Shown here: piece by piece, positions 19,907 to 32,376 of the stretch | How positions within the stretch are numbered: the first letter of the stretch is position 1 | Layout of the letters: every line of letters starts with the position of its first letter | Assembly: GCA_019694755.1 (NCBI GenBank) | Contig: JAIBBI010000008.1 | Location: 1 to 64,000 of the forward strand | DNA length: 64,000 bases | Reading direction: 5' to 3' | Source: Gemmataceae bacterium | GTDB taxonomy: Bacteria; Planctomycetota; Planctomycetia; Gemmatales; Gemmataceae | Notes under the pieces: model-generated | The model's input: only the letters and a program-made list of their open reading frames with translations | Database searches by the model: none | What the model was told of the DNA's origin: nothing | Program-made: the position numbers and the translations under genes

Positions 19907-21445
19907 TCACGCCGTGACCCCGGCCGGTCGGGTTCGCCGCCAGCGACTCGTGAGCCGAACCAACGCCGGCCAGATGAGGTAGCCCACTCCCGCCGCCGTC
20001 ACCGCGTATAGCCACCACGAGTGCGGGACTTCGGGGGACCAGCGCTCGACTACATCACCGCCTGCGGCGGCACAACCGTTTGTCCAGAGATTGCAACCGG
20101 AATCAAATAGGCCATGGCTACGGTTGGGTATGAACCGGGAAATCGAACCATCCTGCATTCGTGCGATGTAAATCCCACTCGGCCGTTTTGGAAAGGTCCA
20201 GAAGGAATTGCTTTGCAGCCATCCCTGCAACCAACTTGGCTGCTCGCTTCGATTGAATGCTACGTAGCCAGTTGATGTTTGCGGCGACCAATACCTCCCA
20301 ACTGCTGCTCCCGGCAGCCTGGACACTGTTTTACCCGATTGCTCGTCGAGGATCCAGAATTGATCGTAGTCAACGCAAATGATGTAGTCGCCGCAGGGAA
20401 CCACCAACTTCGATTCTGACGGCGTCTTGATTTCTAATGCTCCACCGTCGTTCACTTTCCAGGCAGAGGCTCTTGACCATTCGCCAAGTGCAGCACTGGT
20501 CTGCCAAGCGGGCAATTTCGGGTCGTTGATTAGCGTTCTCTTGATGCTGGCCCCGATCGTGCGACAGTCTGCGCTCAACTGGAGTTCAACGGTACGTTCC
20601 GGGTAGTGCTCGCCAATGTCAAACGTGGTCTGCTTGCCGGATTCGAAGCTCCACAAAACGACGGAGTCGATTGCCCGAAGGCCATTCGCGGTACTCGGAA
20701 ATCGCACGAAAGAAGCTACGAGAGTACAGCCATTCTCCGAGACATACATTTCCGTTATCCGGCATGAGTCGGCAATCGGCTTATCGTCGGCCATGGCTTT
20801 TGGGTCGTCCGGCCGGTAGGGCAGGGCGTATGACGTCAGCAGTCGAAACGGCTCGAAGCCCCATACTTCGATTCGACTCCGGTCGGCCGACAGAACGCAG
20901 ATTCCGGTACTGTCAGGTAGGAATACCGGTGCTACTTCTCCGCGAGACAATTGCGAAACGGTTTCACCCGTACTCGAACGGATGATGATCAGTTTCTGTT
21001 CCCCACTCATCGCAAGGTATCTACCGTCCGGGCTCCATTGGATTTCCCAATACCCCTCGGGAAGCACGCAGATGTGCTTGGCGGTCGGCCAGCTCCGCAA
21101 TACCCGTCGAGTACTGAAGCTGCCCGTAATGGCCCGGTCACCGTTGGGTGAAACATCAGGAGTTGGCCAATCTGCCAGGTAGGACACAGAGGTCACCCGA
21201 CCAGTCGATATGTCGACAACTTGCGCCCGATAAGTCCGTGCCGGCGAACCGCTGGATCGTTCATGAAAGTTCGCCTGACGGCCACTAGCCAAAACCTTCA
21301 CCGAATATCCGGGCGGACCTTCATACCGAAAGTCGGGACGAGGCGGCCGTACGTACCAGCCGAGCCAGAACAGCACGAGCGAGAGCACCACGGCCAAGCG
21401 TGGCCGACGGCGGGGGAGCGTGATCAGTTGGCGAACGAACGACAT
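19907..21445 (-). CDS. PD40/TolB-like beta-propeller membrane protein, paralog B
   Basis: Start at ATG 21445 (MSFVRQLITL...). Same architecture and same conserved termini as paralog A; the middle is strongly diverged. Confidence 0.6.
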   Translation of the reverse strand: MSFVRQLITLPRRRPRLAVVLSLVLFWLGWYVRPPRPDFRYEGPPGYSVKVLASGRQANFHERSSGSPARTYRAQVVDISTGRVTSVSYLADWPTPDVSPNGDRAITGSFSTRRVLRSWPTAKHICVLPEGYWEIQWSPDGRYLAMSGEQKLIIIRSSTGETVSQLSRGEVAPVFLPDSTGICVLSADRSRIEVWGFEPFRLLTSYALPYRPDDPKAMADDKPIADSCRITEMYVSENGCTLVASFVRFPSTANGLRAIDSVVLWSFESGKQTTFDIGEHYPERTVELQLSADCRTIGASIKRTLINDPKLPAWQTSAALGEWSRASAWKVNDGGALEIKTPSESKLVVPCGDYIICVDYDQFWILDEQSGKTVSRLPGAAVGRYWSPQTSTGYVAFNRSEQPSWLQGWLQSNSFWTFPKRPSGIYIARMQDGSISRFIPNRSHGLFDSGCNLWTNGCAAAGGDVVERWSPEVPHSWWLYAVTAAGVGYLIWPALVRLTSRWRRTRPAGVTA

Positions 21446-21537
21446 GCGAGCGATCCGCGTTGGGCCGATACGATGATGGTAACTGCCAGGGCCGGGGGCA
21501 CCAACCCTTGGCCGACATTCGCGGAGGCCGGTGGGCC

Positions 21538-22065
21538 ATGCCGAGCTACGTCGCATTTCTCCGCAGCATCAACGTCGGCGGCCGGCGGGCGACGATGGAC
21601 CGCCTCTGCTCGCTGTTCGAGGAGTTGGACTATTCCGACGTCTCCACCTTCATCGCCAGCGGCAATGTCCTGTTCCAATCTCCGCAGAAGAACGCGGCCC
21701 GCCTCGAGACTTGCATCGAGGGCCATCTGCACAAGGCACTCGGCTACCCGGTGGAGACGTTCGTCCGCACGCCCGCGGAGATCGCCAGGGCCGTGGCCCA
21801 CGAGCCGTTCGAAGTCCGCGAGACGGATTCGCTGCACGTCGTGTTCCTGCGCGACCGGCTGGACCTGGCCGCGGCAAAGTCGCTCGCAAAGTTCCGCACG
21901 GAGATGGACGAGTTGCACGCCCACGGGCGGGAGTTGTACTGGCTGTGCCGAGGCCGGCTGACGGAGTCGCTGCTCAAGTGGCCGCACGTGACGAAGGCGA
22001 TCGGCATGCCGTCGACGGCCCGCAACGTGACCAGCCTGCGCAAGCTGCTCGCGAAATTGGGATAG
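21538..22065 (+). CDS. DUF1697 family protein
   Basis: MPSYVAFLRSINVGG... start typical of DUF1697. GGAGG 9 nt upstream of ATG 21538. Confidence 0.6.
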   Translation: MPSYVAFLRSINVGGRRATMDRLCSLFEELDYSDVSTFIASGNVLFQSPQKNAARLETCIEGHLHKALGYPVETFVRTPAEIARAVAHEPFEVRETDSLHVVFLRDRLDLAAAKSLAKFRTEMDELHAHGRELYWLCRGRLTESLLKWPHVTKAIGMPSTARNVTSLRKLLAKLG

Positions 22066-22084
22066 GCCGGGCGGAGGGATCGGC

Positions 22085-22570
22085 ATGACGACGGTCGATG
22101 TGCTGTTGGCGATGATCGACGAGGCGTTTGACAGAAAGTCGTGGCACGGGACCAACCTGCGCGGCTCGATCCGCGGGCTGTCCGCGGCCGACGCGGCCTG
22201 GCGACCGGGCCCGGGCCGGCACAGCGTCTGGGAGATCGCCCTCCATGCGGCATACTGGAAGTACACCATCCGCCGACGCCTGGCCGGCGAAAAGCCCGGC
22301 GCGTTCCCGCTCGTCGGCTCGAACTGGTTCGCCCGGCCGAGCGAAGGCGGGGACCCGGACAGGGAATGGAAAGCCGACGTCGCACTGCTTGTGGTCACCC
22401 ACCGGCAACTGCGGGGACAGATCGTGAAACTGAAGCCGGCGGATCTGAAGAGAAAGATCGACTCCGGCGCGGTAACGGTGGGTCAGCTCGTGCGCGGCAT
22501 CGCTGCCCACGACCTCTATCATGCGGGGCAGATCCAGATTTTGAAGCGGTTGCGGGTGGGGGAACGGTGA
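22085..22570 (+). CDS. DinB-family (DinB_2 four-helix-bundle) protein
   Basis: WHGTNLRGSIRGLSAADAAWRP...WEIALHAAYW...DLYHAGQIQIL pattern of the DinB/YfiT superfamily with His residues. Confidence 0.65.
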   Translation: MTTVDVLLAMIDEAFDRKSWHGTNLRGSIRGLSAADAAWRPGPGRHSVWEIALHAAYWKYTIRRRLAGEKPGAFPLVGSNWFARPSEGGDPDREWKADVALLVVTHRQLRGQIVKLKPADLKRKIDSGAVTVGQLVRGIAAHDLYHAGQIQILKRLRVGER

Positions 22571-22594
22571 ACTTACTTCGGAAGGCCGGCGGTC

Positions 22595-23464
22595 GTGGAT
22601 TGGGTGATCTTTTTCATTGGCAGTGGATTGGCCTTTCTGGTCGGAGTGGCCATGAACGTGGCCGCGCTGGTCCTCGTTGGCGGTGGCCGCCGAAGTCTTC
22701 GGTCGGTCGTGCCTCTGCTGGTGATTGTCGGACTGGTTCTTGTGGGCGTATCCGCGGCCCCGTTACCCTATTGGCTGTATGCGGTCGTCGGAGCCGCGAC
22801 GTTGTGTTGGGTAGTAGCCGAGGCGAGTCGCAGGAATTGCTGGCTCGGCGGTTCGGCGAGAGGCTGGCGGCTGGCGACGATGCTGGCTTGGGCGATGGCA
22901 CTGTCGTGGGAATTGCCGTACCAAATGATGCCGCGACTACCGCGGACGGGTCGGCCAACATTGTGCGTGATCGGGGATTCGGTAATAGCGGGGATGGGAG
23001 AACGGGAACGGCGGACCTGGCCGGTGCTTCTGGCCGAGCAGAAGAAAATCGCAATCGCGGACGTTTCGCAAATGGGCGCGACGGTCGCGTCGGCCAGCCG
23101 GCAGGCAGATCAACTTCCAAACAATGGCGAACTGATCCTGCTCGAGATCGGTGGGAACGACGTTCTGGGGTCGTCGACGACGGTCGAGTACCGCGATGGC
23201 CTGGAACGGCTGTTGAAGAAGGTATGCCGCCCGGACCGAACCGTGGTCATGTTCGAGTTGCCACTCCCGCCGCTGGCCAACGAATTCGGCCTGATTCAGC
23301 GTGAGCTGGCCGGGCGATTCGGAGTCCATTTGATTCCGAAGCGGGTGTTTATTGGAGTGTTGACGACGGCGGGGGCAACGCACGATTCCGTTCACCTGAC
23401 GCCGGCGGGGCATCAGAGAATGGCGGACGTGGTGTGGTCGGTGATGGGGAGCGGGTTCGAATAG
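22595..23464 (+). CDS. SGNH/GDSL-family hydrolase with N-terminal membrane domain
   Basis: Block I CVIGDSVIAGMG, block III GGNDV, block V DSVHLTPAGH. Two N-terminal TMs. Confidence 0.7.
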   Translation: MDWVIFFIGSGLAFLVGVAMNVAALVLVGGGRRSLRSVVPLLVIVGLVLVGVSAAPLPYWLYAVVGAATLCWVVAEASRRNCWLGGSARGWRLATMLAWAMALSWELPYQMMPRLPRTGRPTLCVIGDSVIAGMGERERRTWPVLLAEQKKIAIADVSQMGATVASASRQADQLPNNGELILLEIGGNDVLGSSTTVEYRDGLERLLKKVCRPDRTVVMFELPLPPLANEFGLIQRELAGRFGVHLIPKRVFIGVLTTAGATHDSVHLTPAGHQRMADVVWSVMGSGFE

Positions 23465-23475
23465 GGGCAAAAAGA

Positions 23476-23506
23476 AACCCCCGGGGCTTTCGCCTCGGGG
23501 GTTCCA
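23476..23506 (-). terminator. Rho-independent terminator of the rRNA unit (bidirectional hairpin)
   Basis: CCCCCGGGGC-TTTC-GCCTCGGGGG 10-bp stem. On the minus strand it is followed by UUUCUUUUU just after the 5S gene. Confidence 0.6.
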
Positions 23507-23509
23507 TAA

Positions 23510-23620
23510 ACCCGGCAATAACCTACTCTCGCCCTCGACGGACTACCATCGGCCCTGGTCGCTTAACGGCCGTGTTCGGAATGGGAACGGGTGTTTCCAA
23601 CCAGGTATGTTCACCGGGAA
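23510..23620 (-). rRNA. rrf: 5S rRNA
   Basis: Reverse complement contains CCCGTTCCCATTCCGAACACGGCCGTTAAGC...GCCGATGGTAGT...GCGAGAGTAGG, the 5S consensus. Ends are approximate. Confidence 0.8.
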
Positions 23621-23699
23621 GTTCATAACAATCTACGGGAGTGTGAGCTGCGTGCGAAAGATCTCGAGAGCCACGGCCGCTGGGAAGCGGCCGGGTGAG

Positions 23700-26560
<2,861 letters not shown>

Positions 26561-26977
26561 CATTGTTCCCGCCCGCCCGGCCGCGTTGCCGCGTCGTCCG
26601 GATCAAGATCAATGCCACCCGCAACTACCTCCGATCGGAGACTAATCCAACCGGAGTGTAACGTTCGCTCTCTTCAGGCTCTCGTTTTCTTTCACTCCAA
26701 TCATGGGCCCGACGACCGACCCCCTTGCATCAGGAAGCCGTCCGCCGCACCCTCGTTGGGATGCAACTCACACTCGCCGTAAATTGTAAAAGAACAATCA
26801 CTTGCGCCGGTCGCCCGGCCTCCGCCAGCCCTCGACCCCAGAGGAGCCGAACCACTCGCGGACTTTTGTTCCCCGTTCGCAACTGTGAAGCAGTTGTGAA
26901 CCGCGGGATACACTGTCTTAGGGATTCACGTTCGACCGTCAATCACTTCGGACAGTTTTTTCTTTCCCGGTCACTTC

Positions 26978-27050
26978 TGGAGGCGACCGGGGTCGAACCG
27001 GCAACCCCTAGCTTGCAAAGCTAGTGCTCTCCCAGTTGAGCTACGCCCCC
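26978..27050 (-). tRNA. tRNA-Ala (UGC)
   Basis: rc = GGGGGCGTAGCTCAACTGGGAGAGCACTAGCTTTGCAAGCTAGGGGTTGCCGGTTCGACCCCGGTCGCCTCCA. Anticodon loop TTTGCAA, G3:U70 pair present, CCA not encoded. Confidence 0.9.
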
Positions 27051-27161
27051 TTTTGGAGTGCAAAGTTCCAAGTTAAAAGTGCAAAGTTCAGAAACCGGCG
27101 GAGCCGGTCGGACCTCAACTTTTAACTTTTCACCCGTAACTTTGCACTCCGCAGGCTGGAG

Positions 27162-27235
27162 TGGGCGTACTTGGATTCGAACCAAGGACCTCAGCTTTAT
27201 CAGAGCTGCGCTCTAGCCAACTGAGCTATACGCCC
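27162..27235 (-). tRNA. tRNA-Ile (GAU)
   Basis: rc = GGGCGTATAGCTCAGTTGGCTAGAGCGCAGCTCTGATAAAGCTGAGGTCCTTGGTTCGAATCCAAGTACGCCCA. Anticodon loop CTGATAA. Confidence 0.9.
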
Positions 27236-27307
27236 GACTGCCGACCGAACCTTCACCCGCAATCACCAATGACGGACAATCACCGGATCGGGTTCGATGG
27301 GATTGGA

Positions 27308-27335
27308 ATTATAAGCGGAGCACCCCCGGAGTCAA
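27308..27335 (-). promoter_or_regulatory. Near-consensus sigma70-type promoter for the tRNA-Ile/tRNA-Ala/23S/5S unit
   Basis: Minus strand reads TTGACT-16 nt-TATAAT (-35 at 27330-27335, -10 at 27308-27313), about 70 nt upstream of tRNA-Ile. Confidence 0.6.
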
Positions 27336-27398
27336 CGAATTTGCACGGCCCGGGCCGGTCCGACCCGGAAGGCCGGCCGGACAGCCGGACCACCTTTC

Positions 27399-28424
27399 CT
27401 AGGCCACCACCCACGTGTCGCCACTGTTGAACAGGTCGTCGAGGGTGTCTTTCGCGGCCGCCACCGCGGTGGCCACCTGACCATTGACCAGTTCGTCGTA
27501 AGTGGGCCGCTCCACCGCACGGAACACACCGACCGGCTCCGGCATGCCGTGCAGCTTGCTCATCTTGGCCAGCAGGAATGCCATCGAGGGGTCCGGCGAC
27601 TTTTCGTCGTGGAACAGCAGGTCGTCTTCGGTGACGCCCTGTCCCAACTGCACCACTTCGGGCAGCATGGTCCCGGGATTCACCCGAATCCCCTTGTCCT
27701 TGTTCTTGCCGAAAATCAGCGGCTTCCCGTGCTCCAGGTACACGATGTTGTCGTCGCGCTGCGTGCGGTCCTGGGCGTACTTGAACGCGTCCGAGTTGAA
27801 CACGTTGCAGTCCTGGTAGATCTCGACGAATGCCGTGCCCTTGTGCTTCGAAGCCCGCTCCAGGGTTGCCGTCAGGTGCGTCGTGTCGATGTCGATCGAC
27901 CGGGCGACAAACGTTGCCTCGCAGCCCAGGGCAAACACCAGCGGGGCCAGCGGGTTGTCGACCGACCCCTGCGGCGTGCTGTACGTCTTCTTCCCCATCG
28001 GGCTGGTGGGCGAATACTGCCCCTTCGTCAGCCCGTAAATCTGGTTGTTGAAGAGCAGCACCTTCACGTCGAGGTTGCGGCGCAACACGTGCAACGTGTG
28101 ATTGCCGCCAATGCTCAGAGCGTCGCCGTCGCCGGTGACGACCCAGACCTGCAAGTCCGGCCGGGTCAGCTTTACTCCCGACGCGACGGCCGGCGCGCGA
28201 CCGTGGATCGAGTGGAACCCGTAAGTGTTGAGGTAATACGGGAACCGGCTCGAGCAGCCGATCCCGCTGACGAACACGATATTTTCTCGCGGAATCCCCT
28301 GCCCGGCCAGGACCTTCTTGGCCTGGGCGAGGATGGAGTAGTCACCGCACCGGGGACACCAGCGGATCGCCTGATCGCTGGCAAAGTCCTCGGGTTTCAC
28401 CATCGGAAGAGTCGAGACAGCCAT
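27399..28424 (-). CDS. korB: 2-oxoacid:ferredoxin oxidoreductase beta subunit (TPP-binding), KorB-like
   Basis: CPRCGDYSIL, TPP-binding GDGD...N motif, full-length KorB/OorB similarity. Confidence 0.85.
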   Translation of the reverse strand: MAVSTLPMVKPEDFASDQAIRWCPRCGDYSILAQAKKVLAGQGIPRENIVFVSGIGCSSRFPYYLNTYGFHSIHGRAPAVASGVKLTRPDLQVWVVTGDGDALSIGGNHTLHVLRRNLDVKVLLFNNQIYGLTKGQYSPTSPMGKKTYSTPQGSVDNPLAPLVFALGCEATFVARSIDIDTTHLTATLERASKHKGTAFVEIYQDCNVFNSDAFKYAQDRTQRDDNIVYLEHGKPLIFGKNKDKGIRVNPGTMLPEVVQLGQGVTEDDLLFHDEKSPDPSMAFLLAKMSKLHGMPEPVGVFRAVERPTYDELVNGQVATAVAAAKDTLDDLFNSGDTWVVA

Positions 28425-28435
28425 TATCCGCCCTC

Positions 28436-28560
28436 TGCTTTCCGCTATCCGCTATCCGCCAAACCGCTTTCAACGATCCGCATTCCGCCGGAAAGCCCCC
28501 GATGCGTTTTACTTTCGGGTCACTTTTTTGGCGGATAGCGGATAGCCGAAAGCGGACAGC
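28436..28560. repeat. Long inverted repeat (about 22-30-bp arms, about 60-nt spacer) in the korA-korB intercistronic region
   Basis: CTGCTTTCCGCTATCCGCTATCCGCCAAA (28437-28465) versus TTTTGGCGGATAGCGGATAGCCGAAAGCGGACAG (28527-28560). A related single arm GGCGGAAAGCGGATCGCGGTTAGCGGATAGCGGA occurs at 14917-14950. Confidence 0.6.
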
Positions 28561-28562
28561 GG

Positions 28563-30458
28563 TCACAGCATTGAGTCAAACCGTTCCAAAAGCTCCCGCA
28601 CAAGCAGGGGCTTGCCCTGGACTTTGTTCATCGGCTGGGCGTCGATCAGGAACTTCCCGCGGATCAGGAGCGACAGTTGCCCCGTGTTCAGCTCGGGAAT
28701 CAGCACTTTCTCGTATTGCCCGAGGATCTTGCCCAGATTCTTCGGGAACGGGTTCAGGTAGCGCAGGTGCGCGTGGCTCACGTTCCGTCCGTTATGCCGG
28801 GCCTGCTCGACGGCCGCGCGGACGGCACCGTAGGTCCCGCCCCAGCTCAGCACCAGCAGTTTGCCCCGGCTATCGCCGAACACGTCCTGCTCGGGAATTG
28901 AATCGGCGATATTTGCGATCTTCCTGGCCCGGGTATCCACCATGTGCTGGTGATTGTCCGGGGCATAGTCGATGTTGCCGGTGCCGTCCCGCTTCTCGAT
29001 GCCGCCCACGCGGTGCTCGAAGCCGGGCGTGCCCGGGGCGGCCCAGGGTCGGGCCAGCTTGGCATCCCGCTTGTACGGCAGGTACTTCCCGTCGGCATCT
29101 GCGTAGCCGTTCAGCACACCGTCTGCGGTGGGCTTCGGGTGCTTGACCTCGATCGGCGGCAGTTCCGAGAACTTCGGAATCCGCCAAGGCTCCGCACCGT
29201 TGGCGAGATAGCCGTCGGAGAGGAAGAAGACCGGCGTCATGAATGTGACCGCCAGCCGGATGGCCTCCTGGACCATGTAAAAGCAATCGCCCGGCGTAGC
29301 GGCCGCGACGATCGGGATCGGGCTGTCGCTATTCCGGCCATACATGGCCAGCAGCAGGTCCGCCTGCTCCGTCTTGGTCGGCAGACCGGTGCTCGGACCG
29401 CCTCGCTGCACATCGACGATCACCATCGGCAGCTCAGTCATGACGCCGAGATTGATGGCTTCGCCCTTGAGCACGATGCCGGGACCACTCGAAGCCGTGG
29501 CTGCGATTTCGCCGGCAAAGGCCGCGCCGCAGACGCTCGCCATTGCGGCGATCTCGTCCTCGGCCTGGAACGTCCGCACGCCGAACCGCTTCAATTCCGA
29601 CAGCTTGTGCAGAATGTCGCTGGCCGGGGTGATCGGATAGCCCGAGAAATACAGCTCTTTTCCGCACCGCTTAGCCCCCGCCACCAGGCCCCAGGCGGTC
29701 GCCTCATTGCCCGTGATGCTGCGGTACTTCCCGGCCGGGAGCTTGGCCTTCGGCACGATGTAGTGCTTGGGAAACGCCTCGGTCGAGTCGCCGTAATTGA
29801 ACCCGCCGCGGAGAGCCCGAGTATTGGCCTCGACGTACTTCGGCTTCTTCCCGAACTTGTCCTTGATCCAAGCCTCGGTGATCGCGCAATCCCGCTCGTA
29901 GAGCCAGTAGATCAGGCCCAGTGCGAAGAAGTTCTTGCAGCGGGCGGCCTCTTTCACCGTCAGCCCGAGGCCCGCGACCGAGTCCTCGGCGAGGCGGGTC
30001 ATCGGCACGATGTGTACGTCGAACTTGCTCAGCAATTCGGGGTCGGTGAGCGGATTGTTGGCGTAGCCGGCCTTTTTCAGGTTCGAGGTGTCGAACTCGT
30101 TCTCATTCAGGATGAGAATCCCGCCCCGTTTCAGGTCGCCAATGTTGGTCTTGAGAGCGGCCGGGTTCATGACGACGAGCGTGTCGACCATGTCGCCGGG
30201 GGTGTAGATGTCGGCCGAGGAGAAGTGAAGCTGAAAGCCGGACACGCCGGCCAGGGTGCCGGCTGGCGCCCGGATTTCCGCAGGGAAGTCGGGGAAGGTG
30301 CTGACGTCGTTGCCGAACGCGGCCGACGTGTTGGTCAGCTGTCCGCCGACCACCTGCATCCCGTCACCCGAGTCGCCGCAGAACCGGATGACGGCTTCGG
30401 CTAAAGTCTCGGTGGGTTTCTGCTGTCGTTCCAGGGGAGCGGACATATCGGTCTCCAA
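28563..30458 (-). CDS. korA: 2-oxoacid:ferredoxin oxidoreductase alpha subunit, KorA-like
   Basis: [10 protein letters not shown]...GYPITPASD..., full-length KorA/OorA similarity. Confidence 0.85.
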   Translation of the reverse strand: METDMSAPLERQQKPTETLAEAVIRFCGDSGDGMQVVGGQLTNTSAAFGNDVSTFPDFPAEIRAPAGTLAGVSGFQLHFSSADIYTPGDMVDTLVVMNPAALKTNIGDLKRGGILILNENEFDTSNLKKAGYANNPLTDPELLSKFDVHIVPMTRLAEDSVAGLGLTVKEAARCKNFFALGLIYWLYERDCAITEAWIKDKFGKKPKYVEANTRALRGGFNYGDSTEAFPKHYIVPKAKLPAGKYRSITGNEATAWGLVAGAKRCGKELYFSGYPITPASDILHKLSELKRFGVRTFQAEDEIAAMASVCGAAFAGEIAATASSGPGIVLKGEAINLGVMTELPMVIVDVQRGGPSTGLPTKTEQADLLLAMYGRNSDSPIPIVAAATPGDCFYMVQEAIRLAVTFMTPVFFLSDGYLANGAEPWRIPKFSELPPIEVKHPKPTADGVLNGYADADGKYLPYKRDAKLARPWAAPGTPGFEHRVGGIEKRDGTGNIDYAPDNHQHMVDTRARKIANIADSIPEQDVFGDSRGKLLVLSWGGTYGAVRAAVEQARHNGRNVSHAHLRYLNPFPKNLGKILGQYEKVLIPELNTGQLSLLIRGKFLIDAQPMNKVQGKPLLVRELLERFDSML

Positions 30459-30666
30459 ACCCGCGGTCCCGCCCGATCGACGACCCGAAGAGACGGTGCG
30501 GCCCGCAGCATCGATGGGGTCATACTAACGGGTCGGCGACCGATCTTAAAGCGCACAGGAGGAAGAAAAATCGACCCGCCGACCGCCCCGGCCGTGCGAA
30601 CCTCACGAACCTGTAACAAGTATCGAAATTGTTCGGATTCCAGTGTCGGAATGCCCGCGGCCGGGG

Positions 30667-30672
30667 TATGAT
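30667..30672 (+). promoter_or_regulatory. Candidate -10 hexamer TATGAT (GGTATGATCA motif)
   Basis: About 35 nt upstream of ATG 30705 in a 245-bp divergent intergenic region. Confidence 0.3.
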
Positions 30673-30704
30673 CAGGGTGGATGTCTCCCGTTCGGGGTCC
30701 GGCC

Positions 30705-32315
30705 ATGATCCGTCCCGCGTTTCTGTTCAGCCTGTGTATTGTCAGCCTCAGCCTGGCTGCCGACCCGCCGGCCCGCCCCGCGGGCGACCCCGATGGCGTG
30801 CGCAAGACCACGGCATTCGAGCAGGAACGGCTGCGCCAGCAGTTTTCCGCGTTTCAGCAATCCCTCCTCGGCCTGGCCCAGCGACTCGAGAAGAGCGCGA
30901 AGCCCGAAGACCGCGAAAAGGCACTCGTCCTGCGTCAGGCGATCGATCTCGCCAGCCGGGAGGGCATCGACACTCAGTTTTCAAAACTCGTCGCCACGCT
31001 GACGGCCTCGGGCGTCACGCTCCGCGAGATCGAAGGGGCGATCGGTCAGAATGAGCAGTTGCTCAAGACGCTCCGCGAGATGATCCAGCTTCTGCTCAGC
31101 GACAACCAGTCCGCCAAGGACAAGGAAGAAGCCAAGCGACTCGCCGACATGCTGAAGAAACTGGATTCCGTCATCCGCTCCCAGAAGGTCGAACGATCTA
31201 AAGTCGAGAGCGGCAAGGGCGACAAAGACAACCTCGCCAAAGGCCAGCAGAAGGTCACCAAAGACACGAAGGACCTGTCGAAAGCCTTCGACCCGGCCAA
31301 GCCGGGAGAACCCAAGTCGGGTGACCCGAAGTCAGGCGAGCCGAAGAAGGGTGAACCGAAACCCGGCGAGCCGAAAGACGGTAAACCCAAGGACGGTCAG
31401 CCGAAAGACGGGCAACCCAAAGACGGCCAACCGAAAGACGGCGAAGACAAGCCCGGCGATCAGCAGCAGCAGCCTCCCTCGGAAATGGAGCAGCAGCGCA
31501 AGCAGATCCAGGACGCGATGGAGAACCAGAAGAACGCCGAGGAGCGGATCAAGAAAGACGACCGCCAGGGCGCGTCGAATCAGCAGGACGAGGCAATCAA
31601 GAAACTCGAGGACGTCCGCAAGGAGATCGAGCGCCGGCTGAAACAACTCCGCGAGGAAGAACTCCAGCGGATGCTCGCGAACCTCGAAAACCGCTGCCAG
31701 CGAATGCTGGTACTTCAGCAGGAGGTCTACGACGGCACCAAGCGTGTCTTCGCGACCATCGAGCAGCAACCCGACAAGAAGCCGACCCGCACCGAAGACC
31801 TGAAGGCCGGCGAATTATCAGCCAAAGAAGCAGTGATCGTCGTCGAGGCGAACAAGGCACTGCAATTGATTCAGGAGGAAGGCTCGGCCGTCGCTTTCCC
31901 GTTGGTGCTCGAAGACGTCCGCGATCAGATGAAAGTGGTCCAGGCCCGGCTGTTCCGCACCGATGCCGGCAAGTTCACGCAGTCGATCGAAGAAGACATC
32001 ATCGCGACGCTGAAGGACATGGTCGCGTCTCTGAAGAAGGCCCAGCAGGACATGAAGGACAAGCAGAATCAGCCGCCCCCGCCGCCGGGCCAGCCCCAGC
32101 CGCAAAAGCTGATCGACATGCTCGCCGACCTCAAGATGATCCGGACGCTCCAGGAGCAGATCAACAAGCGGACGAAGTCGTACGCGGCCGAGTACCCCGG
32201 CGAGCAGGCCGACGACCCGGCCATCCGCAAGGAACTGCACGGCCTCGCGACCCGGCAGGAGAAGGTCCACAAGGTGACACGCGATATCGCCACCGGCAAG
32301 AACGTGGGACAGTAA
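30705..32315 (+). CDS. Secreted coiled-coil protein with PKDGQ low-complexity repeats (hypothetical)
   Basis: Signal peptide MIRPAFLFSLCIVSLSLA. K/E/Q-rich heptad-like sequence, tandem (G/K)(E/Q)PK(D/S)G repeats, Pro-rich PPPPPGQPQPQ segment. Confidence 0.55.
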   Translation: MIRPAFLFSLCIVSLSLAADPPARPAGDPDGVRKTTAFEQERLRQQFSAFQQSLLGLAQRLEKSAKPEDREKALVLRQAIDLASREGIDTQFSKLVATLTASGVTLREIEGAIGQNEQLLKTLREMIQLLLSDNQSAKDKEEAKRLADMLKKLDSVIRSQKVERSKVESGKGDKDNLAKGQQKVTKDTKDLSKAFDPAKPGEPKSGDPKSGEPKKGEPKPGEPKDGKPKDGQPKDGQPKDGQPKDGEDKPGDQQQQPPSEMEQQRKQIQDAMENQKNAEERIKKDDRQGASNQQDEAIKKLEDVRKEIERRLKQLREEELQRMLANLENRCQRMLVLQQEVYDGTKRVFATIEQQPDKKPTRTEDLKAGELSAKEAVIVVEANKALQLIQEEGSAVAFPLVLEDVRDQMKVVQARLFRTDAGKFTQSIEEDIIATLKDMVASLKKAQQDMKDKQNQPPPPPGQPQPQKLIDMLADLKMIRTLQEQINKRTKSYAAEYPGEQADDPAIRKELHGLATRQEKVHKVTRDIATGKNVGQ

Positions 32316-32346
32316 TTTATCGCTCAGGCATGACACGCCCGAACGG

Positions 32347-32352
32347 TATAAT
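32347..32352 (+). promoter_or_regulatory. Candidate -10 hexamer TATAAT (GGTATAATCA motif)
   Basis: Perfect TATAAT 25 nt upstream of ATG 32377; GGGAG RBS follows. Confidence 0.35.
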
Positions 32353-32376
32353 CATGCTGAAGGGAGAACGCGACTG

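Noticed and set aside
19830-20018. N-terminal extensions of the PD40 paralog ORFs (MVAIRGDGGG..., MRRSSAWPTG...) and the 87-aa ORF 18148..18411
   Set aside because: They arise from reading the conserved 3' repeat block of the neighbouring gene in another frame. The internal Met preceded by the conserved block is the more plausible start.
27236-27398. Possible missing 16S rRNA indicating misassembly
   Set aside because: The region holds a clean promoter directly upstream of tRNA-Ile and then the korB stop codon. Unlinked rRNA genes are a known planctomycete trait, so I keep it as genuine, but it can be verified.
31300-31460. Tandem nucleotide repeats (CCGAAAGACGG(C/T)CAACC units)
   Set aside because: They encode the in-frame PKDGQ low-complexity repeats of the secreted coiled-coil protein. 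This is not a CRISPR array or mobile repeat: no spacers, regular 15-nt period, and in frame.
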